A stretch of 64,000 nt of DNA from NCBI GenBank assembly GCA_934432675.1, contig CAKRYT010000002.1, positions 162,420-226,419 on the forward strand. The letters are read 5' to 3'. This document shows positions 1 through 10,255 of the stretch, piece after piece. Each line of letters opens with the position of its first letter. The stretch's first letter is position 1. Made by a program: the position numbers and the translations under genes. Under the pieces are notes generated by a model that was not told where the DNA came from, did not search any database, and worked only from the letters and a program-made list of their open reading frames with translations. This DNA comes from an uncultured Eubacteriales bacterium. GTDB taxonomy: Bacteria > Bacillota > Clostridia > Oscillospirales > CAG-272.

Positions 1-107
1 GTAACGGGACCCTTACCGTCAAAAATCTTACAGTGAAAGCGAAAGTCTTTTCCGCTTCCGCAAAGGAGAAGATCGAGGCTGCCGGTGGAAAGACCGAGGT
101 GATCTAA
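1..107 (+). CDS. rplO: 50S ribosomal protein L15, 3' end (partial, starts before window)
   Basis: The frame ending at TAA 105-107 reads ...SASAKEKIEAAGGKTEVI*, an L15-type C-terminus. It sits directly upstream of secY, as in spc operons. Confidence 0.8.
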   Translation, partial: NGTLTVKNLTVKAKVFSASAKEKIEAAGGKTEVI

Positions 108-108
108 A

Positions 109-1545
109 ATGCTTCAAACTTTGAAAAATGCATGGAGAACGCCCGACATTCGAAAGAAACTTCTTTATGTTTTGTTGATTCTGCTCCTCTATCGCATCGG
201 AACCGTTATTCCGGTTCCCTTCGTTGATGCATCCACCTTTTCCGAGAACTTCGGAGACACCATTTTCGCCTACCTCAACCTTCTTTCCGGCGGCGCGCTC
301 AGTGCGGCGACTCTGTTCGCCCTCGGCGTGTCTCCGTACATCACCGCCTCCATCGTGATCCAACTGCTGTCGGTGGCGATCCCGCCCCTCGGCAGAAAGA
401 TCCAGGACGGTGAAGCGGGCAAAGCGTTCAGCGAAAAGCTCAATCGCTATTGCACCGTTGCACTCGCGATTCTGACCGGTTACGGTTACTACGCGCTGCT
501 CAAATCCAACAAGATGCTGACCGCCACCGCGACGAACGCTTCCAAGCCCGTCCAGGTGCTGATCGCCATCGTCATTGTCACCTGCTACGTCGCCGGTGCG
601 ACGCTCGTGATGTGGCTCGGCGAAAAGATCAATGAGAAGGGCATCGGCAACGGTATCTCTCTCATCCTCTTCGCCAACATCATCGCATCCTTCCCCTCGA
701 CGATTTACAACCTTGTCTGGCTGATCGTCTATGCCGGTTTCAAGGGCCGGGCGACCGGTTGGAAGAAAGCAGGCTTTATTTCCGGTTCCTTCGGCTTCGT
801 ACTCGGGTACATCGCCTTGCTCATCCTGATCTCGATCTTCGTCATCTGGATTACGGGCAGCGAGCGTCGCATCCCGATTCAGTACTCGAAGCAGGTGAAA
901 GGCAGAAAGATGTACGGCGGTCAGTCGACCACCCTGCCGATCAAGCTGAATATGGCAGGCGTCATGCCGATCATCTTCGCTTCCTCGATCATCTCCCTGC
1001 CGGCAACCATCATGACGCTCTGCGGCGTCAAGAGTGCTGACGCGCTGCTCAAAGCGGATGCGAAAGCGACCGTTACCTTCTGGAACAAGTTCTATGATTT
1101 CATGGCTGCGGACGGCTGGTTCTATCCGCTGATGTTCGTGGTCCTGATTATCGTGTTCTCCTACTTCTACATCACGATTTCCTTCAATCCCGTGGAAGTG
1201 GCGAACAACCTGAAAGCCAACGGCGGCCGTATCCCCGGTATCCGTGAAGGCAGACCGACCGCAGACCGCATCAAAAAGGTCCTGAATAAAGTCACCCTGA
1301 TGGGTGCGTTCTTCCTCGCGATCATCGCCGTCCTCCCCATGATCGGGAGCCCGCTGGTGATCACCCCCATTGTGACGAAACTCTTGTCCAACGCAGGCGT
1401 AACCAACGCGACGACCGCAGCAAGTTATGCGAGCACCTTTGCGTTCGGCGGTACCTCTCTGCTCATCGTCATCGGCGTCGTGCAGGAAACCTACCGTGAA
1501 CTGGAAGCACAGCTCACCATGCGTAATTACAAGGGATTCCTTTAA
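109..1545 (+). CDS. secY: preprotein translocase subunit SecY
   Basis: 478-aa polytopic ORF. The N-terminus (RKKLLYVLLILLLYRIGTVIPVP) and C-terminus (VQETYRELEAQL) are SecY-like, and it lies between rplO and adk. Confidence 0.95.
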   Translation: MLQTLKNAWRTPDIRKKLLYVLLILLLYRIGTVIPVPFVDASTFSENFGDTIFAYLNLLSGGALSAATLFALGVSPYITASIVIQLLSVAIPPLGRKIQDGEAGKAFSEKLNRYCTVALAILTGYGYYALLKSNKMLTATATNASKPVQVLIAIVIVTCYVAGATLVMWLGEKINEKGIGNGISLILFANIIASFPSTIYNLVWLIVYAGFKGRATGWKKAGFISGSFGFVLGYIALLILISIFVIWITGSERRIPIQYSKQVKGRKMYGGQSTTLPIKLNMAGVMPIIFASSIISLPATIMTLCGVKSADALLKADAKATVTFWNKFYDFMAADGWFYPLMFVVLIIVFSYFYITISFNPVEVANNLKANGGRIPGIREGRPTADRIKKVLNKVTLMGAFFLAIIAVLPMIGSPLVITPIVTKLLSNAGVTNATTAASYASTFAFGGTSLLIVIGVVQETYRELEAQLTMRNYKGFL

Positions 1546-1574
1546 GACAGGCGTTTAGCCGGGAGAAATCGCAC

Positions 1575-2204
1575 ATGAAGATTATTTTCCTCGGAGCCCC
1601 CGGTGCCGGTAAAGGAACGCAAGCGGAGATCGTGTCCGAGAGATTGGGGATCCCCACAATCTCTACGGGCGCCATCATCCGTGAGGCGATCAAGACCGGT
1701 ACGAAAATGGGCGTGGAAGCACGCAAGTACACCGAGACCGGCGCACTTGTCCCCGACGATGTCGTCATCGGGATCATCAAGGAGCGTCTTTCCAAACCCG
1801 ATTGTCAGAACGGATTTATTCTGGATGGGTTCCCGCGGACGGTGCCTCAGGCAGAGGCACTCGACGCGATGGGCATCGCACTCGATGCCGTACTTTCCAT
1901 CGAAGTATCCGACGACAAGATCGTGGAGCGTATGAGTGGGCGGCGCACCTGTGAATGCGGCGCGACCTATCATACCAAATACAATCCGTCGCAAGACGGT
2001 ACGCATTGCGATAAGTGCGGAAAGGACCTTTCCGTCCGTCGCGATGATGCCCCTGAGGTGGTGAAGAGCCGCCTCGTGACCTACCACAGCACGACCGAAC
2101 CGCTCAAAGACTTCTATGCCGCAAAGGGCATCTTGAAGTGCGTCGAGGGGCAGGAGCGCGTGGAGGACACTACCGCACTTACCCTGTCTGCCCTGGGGAT
2201 TTGA
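1575..2204 (+). CDS. adk: adenylate kinase (zinc-lid type)
   Basis: P-loop GAPGAGKGTQ. The LID carries CECG...CDKCG (four Cys). Position is secY-adk-map. Confidence 0.95.
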   Translation: MKIIFLGAPGAGKGTQAEIVSERLGIPTISTGAIIREAIKTGTKMGVEARKYTETGALVPDDVVIGIIKERLSKPDCQNGFILDGFPRTVPQAEALDAMGIALDAVLSIEVSDDKIVERMSGRRTCECGATYHTKYNPSQDGTHCDKCGKDLSVRRDDAPEVVKSRLVTYHSTTEPLKDFYAAKGILKCVEGQERVEDTTALTLSALGI

Positions 2205-2205
2205 T

Positions 2206-2964
2206 ATGCCGATCATACTCAAAAAACCTGAGCAGATTCTGCTGATGAAGGAAGCGGGGAGAATCACGGGCGAGGCGTTGCTTGTTGCACGCGATGCCAT
2301 CCGCCCGGGTATCTCCACCAAGGAACTCGATTCCGTTATTCACGCCTACATTCTGAAATGCGGCGCGAAACCTTCCTTCCTCGGATATGCCGGCTTCCCC
2401 GGAAGCGCATGTATCAGCGTCAACGACCAGATCATCCACGGGATCCCCTCCCATCGCGTGATCCTCAAAGAGGGAGATATCGTGAAAGTGGATGTCGGTG
2501 CCATCTATCGCGGCTACCACGGCGACAGCGCAAAGACTTTTCCTGTCGGTCGTGTGAGCGAGGAAGCGCAGAGGCTCATTTCCGTCACGAGAGAATGCTT
2601 CTACCTGGGCGCAAGCCTCGCTGTGGTGGGTAACCGACTGGGAGACATCGGTGCGGCGATCCAATCGCACGCCGAGTCGAACGGATACGGTGTTGTACGC
2701 AAATACGTGGGCCACGGAGTAGGAACCCACCTACATGAAGAGCCGGATGTCCCGAATTACGGGACTGCCGGGCGTGGATGCCGCCTATATCCGGGCATGA
2801 CGATAGCCATTGAACCCATGGTTAACGCAGGAACAGCAGCCATTAAGGAATCCTCTGACGGCTGGACAGTGAGGACCGCCGACGGTCGCCTCTCGGCTCA
2901 TTACGAGCACACGCTGGCGATCACGGACGACGGACCGATCCTGCTCACGGATGTCGGAGAATAA
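2206..2964 (+). CDS. map: type I methionine aminopeptidase
   Basis: 252 aa with MetAP-like blocks ([30 protein letters not shown]). Starts 2 nt after the adk stop. Confidence 0.93.
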   Translation: MPIILKKPEQILLMKEAGRITGEALLVARDAIRPGISTKELDSVIHAYILKCGAKPSFLGYAGFPGSACISVNDQIIHGIPSHRVILKEGDIVKVDVGAIYRGYHGDSAKTFPVGRVSEEAQRLISVTRECFYLGASLAVVGNRLGDIGAAIQSHAESNGYGVVRKYVGHGVGTHLHEEPDVPNYGTAGRGCRLYPGMTIAIEPMVNAGTAAIKESSDGWTVRTADGRLSAHYEHTLAITDDGPILLTDVGE

Positions 2965-2987
2965 CTTTTACGGTAAGGAGAATTGTA

Positions 2988-3209
2988 ATGCCGAAAGATG
3001 ATGTCATCGAATTCGAAGACGGCGAGGTGCTGGAAGCACTCCCGAACGCCAACTTCAAGGTGAAACTCCCGAACGGGCACGTAGTGCTCGCGCACATCTC
3101 CGGGAGACTTCGTCAAAACTATATCAAAATTGTTCCCGGTGATAAGGTGACCGTAGAGGTGTCCATCTACGATCCGACCAAGGGTCGCATCACTTGGAGA
3201 AAAAAATAA
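2988..3209 (+). CDS. infA: translation initiation factor IF-1
   Basis: 73-aa S1-fold protein ([26 protein letters not shown]) in the conserved map-infA-rpmJ order. Confidence 0.95.
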   Translation: MPKDDVIEFEDGEVLEALPNANFKVKLPNGHVVLAHISGRLRQNYIKIVPGDKVTVEVSIYDPTKGRITWRKK

Positions 3210-3232
3210 TCTGAAAGGACAGGTACGCAACC

Positions 3233-3346
3233 ATGAAAGTGAAACCTTCCGTTAAAAAGATCTGCGAAAAGTGCAAGATTATCCGTCGCCGGGGCTGTGT
3301 GATGGTGATCTGTGAGAACCCCAAGCACAAGCAGAGACAGGGCTGA
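3233..3346 (+). CDS. rpmJ: 50S ribosomal protein L36
   Basis: Too short for the ORF track. Hand translation gives [37 protein letters not shown], with a GAAAGGA RBS upstream and position between infA and rpsM. Confidence 0.92.
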   Translation: MKVKPSVKKICEKCKIIRRRGCVMVICENPKHKQRQG

Positions 3347-3380
3347 GACCCAAACAACAATCAAAAGGAGTTAAATATCT

Positions 3381-3749
3381 ATGGCTCGTTTAGCAGGTGT
3401 CGATATCCCCAATAACAAGCGCATTGAGATCGCTCTCACCTATATTTACGGCATCGGTCTGACCAGTTCCAAAGAGATCCTCGCAAAGACCGGGATTGAT
3501 CCCGATACCCGCGCGAAGGACCTGACCGAGGACCAGATCGCGGCTCTGCGTGAGGAACTCGAAGCGAACTACCATGTCGAAGGCGATCTTCGCCGCACCG
3601 TTGCCACCAATATCAAGAAACTGGTGGACATCAACAGCTACCGCGGCTCCCGTCATAAGAGGAGCCTCCCCGTTCGCGGTCAGCGCACCAAGACCAACGC
3701 AAGAACGCGTAAAGGTCCGGTCAAGACCATTGCGAACAAGAAGAAGTAA
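3381..3749 (+). CDS. rpsM: 30S ribosomal protein S13
   Basis: [26 protein letters not shown]... is a typical S13 N-terminus; 122 aa. Confidence 0.96.
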   Translation: MARLAGVDIPNNKRIEIALTYIYGIGLTSSKEILAKTGIDPDTRAKDLTEDQIAALREELEANYHVEGDLRRTVATNIKKLVDINSYRGSRHKRSLPVRGQRTKTNARTRKGPVKTIANKKK

Positions 3750-3760
3750 GGAGGAAGAAC

Positions 3761-4162
3761 ATGGCTACGAAAGTTTCCGCAACCAAAAAGGTTGTTAAAA
3801 AGCGTCGTGAAAAGAAGAACGTGGAGAAGGGCGCCGCTCATATCCGCGCAACCTTCAACAACACCATCGTGTCCATTACGGACCTCCAAGGGAACGTGAT
3901 CTCCTGGGCTTCCGCAGGTGCCAGCTTCAAGGGATCGAGAAAGTCCACTCCGTTCGCCGCACAGACGGCGGCAGAGCAGGCGGCGAAAGCCGCTATGGAC
4001 CACGGCATGAAGACCGTCGAGGTCTATGTGCTGGGCCCCGGTACCGGCCGTGAAGCGGCTATCCGCGCACTGGCGACCGCCGGTCTCGAAGTGACCAAGA
4101 TTCAGGATAAGACGCCCGTGCCGCACAACGGCTGCCGTCCTCCGAAACGTCGCCGCGTATAA
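3761..4162 (+). CDS. rpsK: 30S ribosomal protein S11
   Basis: 133 aa with [18 protein letters not shown] and a CRPPKRRRV tail, typical of S11. Confidence 0.96.
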   Translation: MATKVSATKKVVKKRREKKNVEKGAAHIRATFNNTIVSITDLQGNVISWASAGASFKGSRKSTPFAAQTAAEQAAKAAMDHGMKTVEVYVLGPGTGREAAIRALATAGLEVTKIQDKTPVPHNGCRPPKRRRV

Positions 4163-4183
4163 TCAGGAAGGAGATTCAAAGCA

Positions 4184-4810
4184 ATGGCAAGATATACTGG
4201 ACCGAGCTGCAAAGAGTGCCGCAGAGAAGGCTGCAAGCTGTATCTGAAAGGCGAGCGTTGCACCTCCGATAAGTGCTCTTTCAATCACAGAAGCACCGCT
4301 CCCGGTCAGCACGGGGCGGCTCGTAAAAAGGTCAGTGAGTACGGTATGCAGCTCCGCGAGAAGCAGAAGGCACGCCGCTACTACGGTGTCCTCGAAAGAC
4401 AGTTCCGTATGTACTACGAGATGGCTGAACAACAGGAAGGCATCACCGGTACCAACCTTCTGATCCTCCTTGAAAGACGCCTGGACAACGTGGTATACAG
4501 AATGGGTATGGCGGCAAGCCGTAAAGAGGCTCGTCAGCTCGTCCTCCACGGTCACTTCACGCTCAACGGCAAGAAGGCGACCATCCCCTCCATCCTCGTG
4601 AAGGCGGGCGATGTCGTCGCTGTCAAGGAAAGCCGCCGCGACGGTACCAAGATCAAGGCAAACGCCGAGGCCATGGCTACCGCCAACAAGCCGAAGTGGA
4701 TCGACGCGGATGCTGCGAACATGTCCGCGAAGATCGTTGCTCTCCCCGAGAGAGACGACGTTGATTTCGACTTCAACGAGCAGTTGATCGTCGAACTCTA
4801 TTCCAAATAA
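4184..4810 (+). CDS. rpsD: 30S ribosomal protein S4
   Basis: [16 protein letters not shown]... N-terminus with a Cys cluster; 208 aa; lies between rpsK and rpoA. Confidence 0.96.
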   Translation: MARYTGPSCKECRREGCKLYLKGERCTSDKCSFNHRSTAPGQHGAARKKVSEYGMQLREKQKARRYYGVLERQFRMYYEMAEQQEGITGTNLLILLERRLDNVVYRMGMAASRKEARQLVLHGHFTLNGKKATIPSILVKAGDVVAVKESRRDGTKIKANAEAMATANKPKWIDADAANMSAKIVALPERDDVDFDFNEQLIVELYSK

Positions 4811-4964
4811 TCGCCAACCTCCGAGCGGTGCCCGGTATCCTGCGGTGCGGCGTCTGCCGCGCCGCCGCCGGAGCACCCGTACCGTGCGGTGCCTTTGGCA
4901 CCCGGTAAACCGCTTTTTACGGTTTGCCGTCAGCGTCCCGAATTAATATTGGAGGAGATTAACC

Positions 4965-5942
4965 ATGATTGAAATAGAGAAGCCTACGATTACATCCCGC
5001 GCTCTGAACGAAGATGGCAGCGAAGGTGAGTTCGTAGTCGAGCCTCTCGCAAGAGGCTACGGCATCACGCTCGCAAACTCTCTGCGCCGCATCCTGCTCA
5101 GTTCCCTTGAAGGGTATGCCGCGACTTCGATTAAGATTGACGGGGTGCTTCATGAGATTTCCACTGTTGACGGTGTGAAAGAAGATGTGCCCGAGATCGT
5201 CCTGAATGTGAAGGGCATCGTGGCAAAACTCCATACCGAGGGACCCAAGACGGTGTATATCGACGCGGACGGACCCTGTCTCGTTACTGCCGGCGATATC
5301 TCCGATGATCCCGACATCGAAATTCTCAATCCGACTCACCCTCTGGCGACTGTCAGTGCCGGCACGCACTTCCACATGGAGCTCACCTTTGACTCCGGGT
5401 GCGGCTATGTACCGATGGAAAAGAACAAGCAGAACTACGTGAGCAGCGAGCAGGCGGGCGGCAACGGTGCGCCCCTCGGTCTCATCTTCGTCGATTCGAT
5501 TTTCACGCCCGTGTACAAGGTGGACTTCGTTGTGGAGAACTCCCGCGTGCGTAACATCACCGACTTTGACAAGATGACGCTCCACGTTGTGACCAACGGT
5601 ACCCTTACGGCGCAGAAGGCGGTCTCCATGGCTGCCAAGATCCTGAGTGAGCATCTCAACCTTTTCATCGATATGTCCGATGAGGCAAAGAAGGCAGAGA
5701 TCATGATCGAGCGTGAGGAAATCAAGCGCGATAAGATCCTTGAAATGTCCATTGATGATCTTGACCTGTCCGTACGTAGTTTCAACTGTTTGAAACGCGC
5801 GGGCATCGATACGGTAGAGGACCTGGTCAACCGTACCGAGGAAGATATGATCAAAGTCAGAAACCTCGGCAGGAAGTCCCTGGATGAGGTCATCCAAAAG
5901 CTGCATTCCCTCGGTCTCGATCTGAAAAAGGTCGAGGACTGA
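4965..5942 (+). CDS. rpoA: DNA-directed RNA polymerase alpha subunit
   Basis: 325 aa. The N-terminal domain has [17 protein letters not shown] and the C-terminal domain has [23 protein letters not shown] is GGAGGAG. Confidence 0.97.
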   Translation: MIEIEKPTITSRALNEDGSEGEFVVEPLARGYGITLANSLRRILLSSLEGYAATSIKIDGVLHEISTVDGVKEDVPEIVLNVKGIVAKLHTEGPKTVYIDADGPCLVTAGDISDDPDIEILNPTHPLATVSAGTHFHMELTFDSGCGYVPMEKNKQNYVSSEQAGGNGAPLGLIFVDSIFTPVYKVDFVVENSRVRNITDFDKMTLHVVTNGTLTAQKAVSMAAKILSEHLNLFIDMSDEAKKAEIMIEREEIKRDKILEMSIDDLDLSVRSFNCLKRAGIDTVEDLVNRTEEDMIKVRNLGRKSLDEVIQKLHSLGLDLKKVED

Positions 5943-5972
5943 CGGAGCCAAATACAATAGGAGGTAACGAAT

Positions 5973-6335
5973 ATGCCTATGAGAAAACTCGGCAGACCGA
6001 CTGCCCATAGAAATGCTATGCTCCGCGGCCTGGTGACCTACCTGATCGAGAACGGTCAGTTGGAGACCACCTACACGCGCGCGAAGGAAATCAGCGCACT
6101 TGCTGATAAAATGATCACGCTCGGCAAAGACGGCTCTCTCGCCTCTTACCGTGCCGCACTCGCTTTCATCACCAAGGAGAGCGTTGCGAAGAAACTGTTT
6201 GACACCGTTGCGCCCGCTTATGCGAACGTAAACGGCGGTTACACGCAGGTTTACAAGATGGGTCCCCGCCGCGGTGACGGCGCAGAGACCGCCATCGTTC
6301 GTCTTGTCAAAGTCGGCAATACGGAGAACAAGTAA
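5973..6335 (+). CDS. rplQ: 50S ribosomal protein L17
   Basis: [20 protein letters not shown]... is an L17 N-terminus; 120 aa; follows rpoA. Confidence 0.96.
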   Translation: MPMRKLGRPTAHRNAMLRGLVTYLIENGQLETTYTRAKEISALADKMITLGKDGSLASYRAALAFITKESVAKKLFDTVAPAYANVNGGYTQVYKMGPRRGDGAETAIVRLVKVGNTENK

Positions 6336-6345
6336 ATCGTGAGAA

Positions 6346-6371
6346 GCACCGGGTCCGCCCGGTGCTTTTTG
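6346..6371 (+). terminator. intrinsic terminator of the alpha operon
   Basis: GCACCGGG-tccg-CCCGGTGC hairpin followed by TTTTT, 10 nt after the rplQ stop. Confidence 0.8.
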
Positions 6372-6372
6372 C

Positions 6373-6731
6373 ACATAACGGTGCCGTCGGCACCGCAGGA
6401 GCCTGCGAACGGTAAAACCACATGTGCAGGAACCGTACCTGCAAGGGTCGGCAGGAGGAAAGTGACACCCGCAAAAAACCGCACCCGCAGGAGCCTGCGA
6501 ACGGGGGAAACGCATCCGCAAGAACAAACTGTACCGGCGGGAGCCGGCGTGCGAAAAGCGGTGCCTGCCAAAGCCCGTGAGACGAGGTGCGGCGGGTGCA
6601 AAAGTGATATACGGCGGGTGCAAAAGCGGGAACGGAAAAGCCACGACGGAGACCAATGACCGACGCCCGTAACCGGCGAACGAAACGGAATACGGCAGAT
6701 GATTGTATAGAAACGGGGGGAGAGGTGCACT
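6373..6731. repeat. non-coding spacer with two exact direct repeats and several short GC hairpins
   Basis: The 20-mer CCGCAGGAGCCTGCGAACGG occurs at 6393-6412 and 6485-6504. The 15-mer CGGCGGGTGCAAAAG occurs at 6590-6604 and 6612-6626. Palindromes include GGTGCCgtcGGCACC and TGCAGGaaccgtaCCTGCA. Confidence 0.7.
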
Positions 6732-7964
6732 ATGACATGCAAGAGTATACTGCGACGGGTGGGCAGGACCCTGCTCTTATACGGCTGGTTTGCCGGGCTT
6801 TCTGCCTGTATGGCAGTCATCTTCGGCAACAGTTTTCCCACGCAGTACCGATCGGTGCTCGGAGAGGGGGCTGACCTCGTGATCCGGATCGGTGCGGCGG
6901 TGCTCTCCCTCCTCGCATGCTATTCCTGCATGAGACAGTTCGCCATGAATGACAGTGAGCGGTACGGTGCCACGGTAGCGGCGGGGGACATGACAGACCC
7001 CGGATGGCGTCGGGCGGCGGCCGCGGCATGGCGGACGCCCTCCTTCCTGTGCGAGGCGATCGTGCTGACTGCCCTGGTTTTGGCACTGCCGCCTGCCGTC
7101 GGCTGGATCGGGTTTGCGTCGCTGTCGGCGCGGTATCTGCCGTTCCCGGTCGCCCTGAGGCGGGTGCTCCTTGGAGTTGTACTTGCCCTGATCGTCAATG
7201 CGTTCCACCTTTTCGCATACGTTTCCGCCGTGAAAAACTGGCGGCTGGACGCCAAGGCGCGGGAGATGATGGGCGGCACCACGGTTGGGCGTCGCCGCAT
7301 GATGGCTCCCGGGTGGCGACGGCTCCTGCTCTACGGGGCGTTTGTTACAATCGGGTACCTTCTGTTCTCGGCCATACTTCTTTGGGCGGCTTTTCTCGTC
7401 GGCAGTCTTGCCGTGACGGTGGCGAGGGCTCTCTCGTGGCAGTTCGCGGTCGTACTGTTATGCCTTTTGCTGCTCCTGATCGGGCATCGGTACCTACGTG
7501 CGCTCCGCGCGGTCAGGCATTTTAAGCGGGACCTGAAAAAGGTCTGCCGCGAGGCGGGCTACACCTGCTCCGACATCTCGCACCTGTACCGTTCCGTTCT
7601 CACGGGGAGACGCTGCGGCACCTTTACGGTGCTCGCAGGGGGCAGACGATATGCCTGCTGCGTCATCAGTGCCGTCCGACGCGGCAATCGGATGTTTCTG
7701 GACGGTGAGGCGTGCATACACGACTGCGACGTCCGTCTGTTCCGCCGCACCCTGTTCCATTACTACCACACCACCCCCTTAACGTTCCCGGATGATGGGG
7801 AGAGAATCGTCATCGCGCACCCGACCGCCAACTCCATGATCGCGCAGAAGGACGGGACCGTGCGCGAGGTCGTTACGGGGGACCGCGTCGGTGGCTATAC
7901 GCTGTATAATGCCAAGAATTTTCTCGGGTGTCTGTCGCGTGACTGCCTCGGTGGCAGGAACTGA
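6732..7964 (+). CDS. hypothetical polytopic membrane protein with Cys/Arg-rich soluble C-terminal domain
   Basis: 410-aa ORF with a GGGGGGAGAGG RBS. The first ~260 aa contain several hydrophobic helices and the last ~150 aa are soluble. I recognised no family. Confidence 0.6.
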   Translation: MTCKSILRRVGRTLLLYGWFAGLSACMAVIFGNSFPTQYRSVLGEGADLVIRIGAAVLSLLACYSCMRQFAMNDSERYGATVAAGDMTDPGWRRAAAAAWRTPSFLCEAIVLTALVLALPPAVGWIGFASLSARYLPFPVALRRVLLGVVLALIVNAFHLFAYVSAVKNWRLDAKAREMMGGTTVGRRRMMAPGWRRLLLYGAFVTIGYLLFSAILLWAAFLVGSLAVTVARALSWQFAVVLLCLLLLLIGHRYLRALRAVRHFKRDLKKVCREAGYTCSDISHLYRSVLTGRRCGTFTVLAGGRRYACCVISAVRRGNRMFLDGEACIHDCDVRLFRRTLFHYYHTTPLTFPDDGERIVIAHPTANSMIAQKDGTVREVVTGDRVGGYTLYNAKNFLGCLSRDCLGGRN

Positions 7965-8066
7965 ACGCACACGGAATGCAAGAATCCGTGCATCCCTACA
8001 TATTCTATCGATAAAAGCGGGCGGCCTCCCGCCGCCGACGGCTTTTGTACAAAAAGGAGAGTAGGC

Positions 8067-8600
8067 ATGGAACTGAGAGGCACAAAAACCGAGAAAAATC
8101 TCCGGGAGGCTTTCGCGGGGGAGAGCCAGGCACGCAGCAAGTACACCTATTACGCATCGGTCGCACGGCGCGAGGGATACGAGCAGATTGCCGCCATCTT
8201 TCTCGAAACGGCGGAGAACGAAAAGGAACACGCCAAACTGTGGTTCCGCGAACTGGGGGGCATCGGTGACACCGCCGCCAACCTGGACGCCGCCGCGGCA
8301 GGCGAGAACTATGAATGGACGGATATGTACGATCGCTTTGCCCGCGAAGCGGAGGAGGAGGGCTTTACGGCACTCGCCGCCCGTTTCCGTATGGTCGGTG
8401 CCATCGAAAAGGTGCACGAAGAGCGTTATCGCGCCCTGCTCCGTAACGTAGAGGCGCAGGAGGTCTTCCGCAAGAGTGAGGTCAAGGTGTGGGAGTGCCG
8501 CAACTGCGGTCACATCGTCATCGGTACAAAGGCCCCCGAAATCTGTCCCGTCTGCGCGCACCCGCAGGGGTTTTTCGAGGTGCGGGCAGAAAACTATTGA
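8067..8600 (+). CDS. rbr: rubrerythrin
   Basis: The N-terminal ferritin-like di-iron domain has [23 protein letters not shown] and E..EH motifs. The C-terminal rubredoxin-like domain has CRNCG...CPVC. 177 aa. Confidence 0.92.
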   Translation: MELRGTKTEKNLREAFAGESQARSKYTYYASVARREGYEQIAAIFLETAENEKEHAKLWFRELGGIGDTAANLDAAAAGENYEWTDMYDRFAREAEEEGFTALAARFRMVGAIEKVHEERYRALLRNVEAQEVFRKSEVKVWECRNCGHIVIGTKAPEICPVCAHPQGFFEVRAENY

Positions 8601-8809
8601 CGAGTATGCCGTATGGCACCGCCCAAAAGGGCGGCGCCGTTTTTTTGTCGCCTGCGCTCGGCCCGGCGCGACGCTCTTTTTGCAAGAGCACAATTCCGGA
8701 AAACGAATTTTCGGTTTTTCGCGGCAAGGATGCGCCGATATACCCGCAGACTTGTATGTAAAAATGAATACTGCAACTTCATAACTTGCAAAATTGGTCA
8801 TGCCGTCTA

Positions 8810-8838
8810 TTGACGGGTGAATCGGAATATGATATACT
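8810..8838 (+). promoter_or_regulatory. sigma-A-type promoter of the citrate synthase operon
   Basis: TTGACG (8810-8815), a 17-nt spacer, then TATACT (8833-8838), about 30 nt upstream of the ATG at 8870. Confidence 0.6.
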
Positions 8839-8869
8839 TATGTATATTTTATCCATGGGGGAGCATCCG

Positions 8870-10252
8870 ATGCTTTACAAAAACGAACAGTCCAATTTAC
8901 TCGAAATATCGCAGTATCGCTACTCCTTACAGGACGTGCCGGACCCCAATCTGTACCGTGAGATCTATCCGTTCTCGGAGGTGCCGAAAATTCCTTTCAA
9001 CCACCGTCACGTGCCGATCCAGATGCCGAAGGACATATGGATCACGGATACGACCTTCCGTGACGGGCAGCAATCCCGCGCGCCGTATTCGGTCGACCAG
9101 ATCGTGCATCTGTTCGGGCTCCTTGCGAAACTCGGCGGGGAACGGGGAATCATCCGGCAGAGTGAGTTTTTCGTTTACAGCGAAAAGGACCGTGAGGCGG
9201 TACGCCGCTGTCAGGACCTCGGGCTCCCGTTCCCGGAGATCACGACCTGGATCCGCGCGAACAAGCGGGATTTTGAACTCGTGCGGGACATCGGCATCCG
9301 TGAGACGGGGATCCTCGTTTCCTGCTCGGATTACCATATTTTCAAGAAACTCGGCATGACGCGTTCACAGGCGATGCAGCACTATCTCAAAATTGTCGCG
9401 CAGGCACTCGATGCGGGTCTGCGGCCGAGGTGCCATCTGGAAGATATCACGCGCGCGGATTTCTACGGCTTTGTCGTGCCGTTCGTCAATGCCCTGACGG
9501 AACTCTCGGAGAGTGCGGGGATCCCGGTCAAGATCCGCATGTGCGACACGATGGGGCTGGGCGTGAGTTACAGCGGCGTCGCGCTCCCGCGCAGTGTGCC
9601 GGGCATCGTCTACGGTCTGCATCACTATGCACAGGTGCCGTCCGAGCGGCTCGAATGGCACGGGCACAACGACTTCTACAAGGCGGTGTCCAACGCGGGC
9701 GCGGCGTGGCTGTACGGTGCCTCCGCCGTCAACTGCTCGCTCCTCGGGATCGGGGAACGGACGGGGAATATCCCGCTGGAAGCCATGGTCATGGAGTACG
9801 CGTCACTGCGCGGCTCGCTCGACGGGATGCACCCCGAGGTCATCACCGAGATCGCGGAATATTACGAGCGGGAACTGCACTACAACGTGCCGCCGATGAC
9901 GCCGTTTGTGGGAGAGAACTTCAACGTAACGCGCGCGGGCATCCATGCCGACGGCATGATGAAAGATGCGGAGATCTATAACATTTTCGACACCGAGGCG
10001 ATCCTCAACCGCCCGGCGAACGTGTCCGTCAGCGCGACCTCAGGACTCGCGGGCATTGCCTTCTGGATCAACAACCATTATAATCTGACAGACGACCATA
10101 TGGTCACCAAACAGTCTCCGATCGTCGAGGAGGCCAAGGAAATCATCGACCGGCTGTATGAGGACGGTAGAACGACCGTCATGAGCACGGAGGAACTGGA
10201 AGCCCTCATTGAGGAACTGACCGCCGGACACTTTACGAGACCGAAAGGATAA
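8870..10252 (+). CDS. Re-face citrate synthase (homocitrate/2-isopropylmalate synthase family)
   Basis: DRE_TIM/HMGL-like N-terminus (ITDTTFRDGQQ; HGHNDFYKAVSNA). It is followed directly by aconitase and IDH, as in the clostridial Re-citrate synthase clusters. I chose the ATG at 8870 (GGGGGAG RBS) rather than the track start at 8786. Confidence 0.7.
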   Translation: MLYKNEQSNLLEISQYRYSLQDVPDPNLYREIYPFSEVPKIPFNHRHVPIQMPKDIWITDTTFRDGQQSRAPYSVDQIVHLFGLLAKLGGERGIIRQSEFFVYSEKDREAVRRCQDLGLPFPEITTWIRANKRDFELVRDIGIRETGILVSCSDYHIFKKLGMTRSQAMQHYLKIVAQALDAGLRPRCHLEDITRADFYGFVVPFVNALTELSESAGIPVKIRMCDTMGLGVSYSGVALPRSVPGIVYGLHHYAQVPSERLEWHGHNDFYKAVSNAGAAWLYGASAVNCSLLGIGERTGNIPLEAMVMEYASLRGSLDGMHPEVITEIAEYYERELHYNVPPMTPFVGENFNVTRAGIHADGMMKDAEIYNIFDTEAILNRPANVSVSATSGLAGIAFWINNHYNLTDDHMVTKQSPIVEEAKEIIDRLYEDGRTTVMSTEELEALIEELTAGHFTRPKG

Positions 10253-10255
10253 GCC

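Noticed and set aside
4959-6656. 565-aa minus-strand ORF
   Set aside because: It is entirely antisense to rpoA and rplQ, which have unmistakable protein signatures. Its translation is Arg/His/Pro-rich with no motifs, so I treat it as a typical GC-driven shadow ORF.
6339-6659. 106-aa plus-strand ORF in the spacer after rplQ
   Set aside because: It starts inside the rplQ terminator and has no RBS. The translation is Arg/Thr/Pro-rich, so the region is better described by its direct repeats.
8786-8869. Upstream start (track) for the citrate synthase ORF
   Set aside because: The extension would begin inside the -35/-10 promoter elements and has no RBS. The ATG at 8870 has a GGGGGAG RBS 6 nt upstream.
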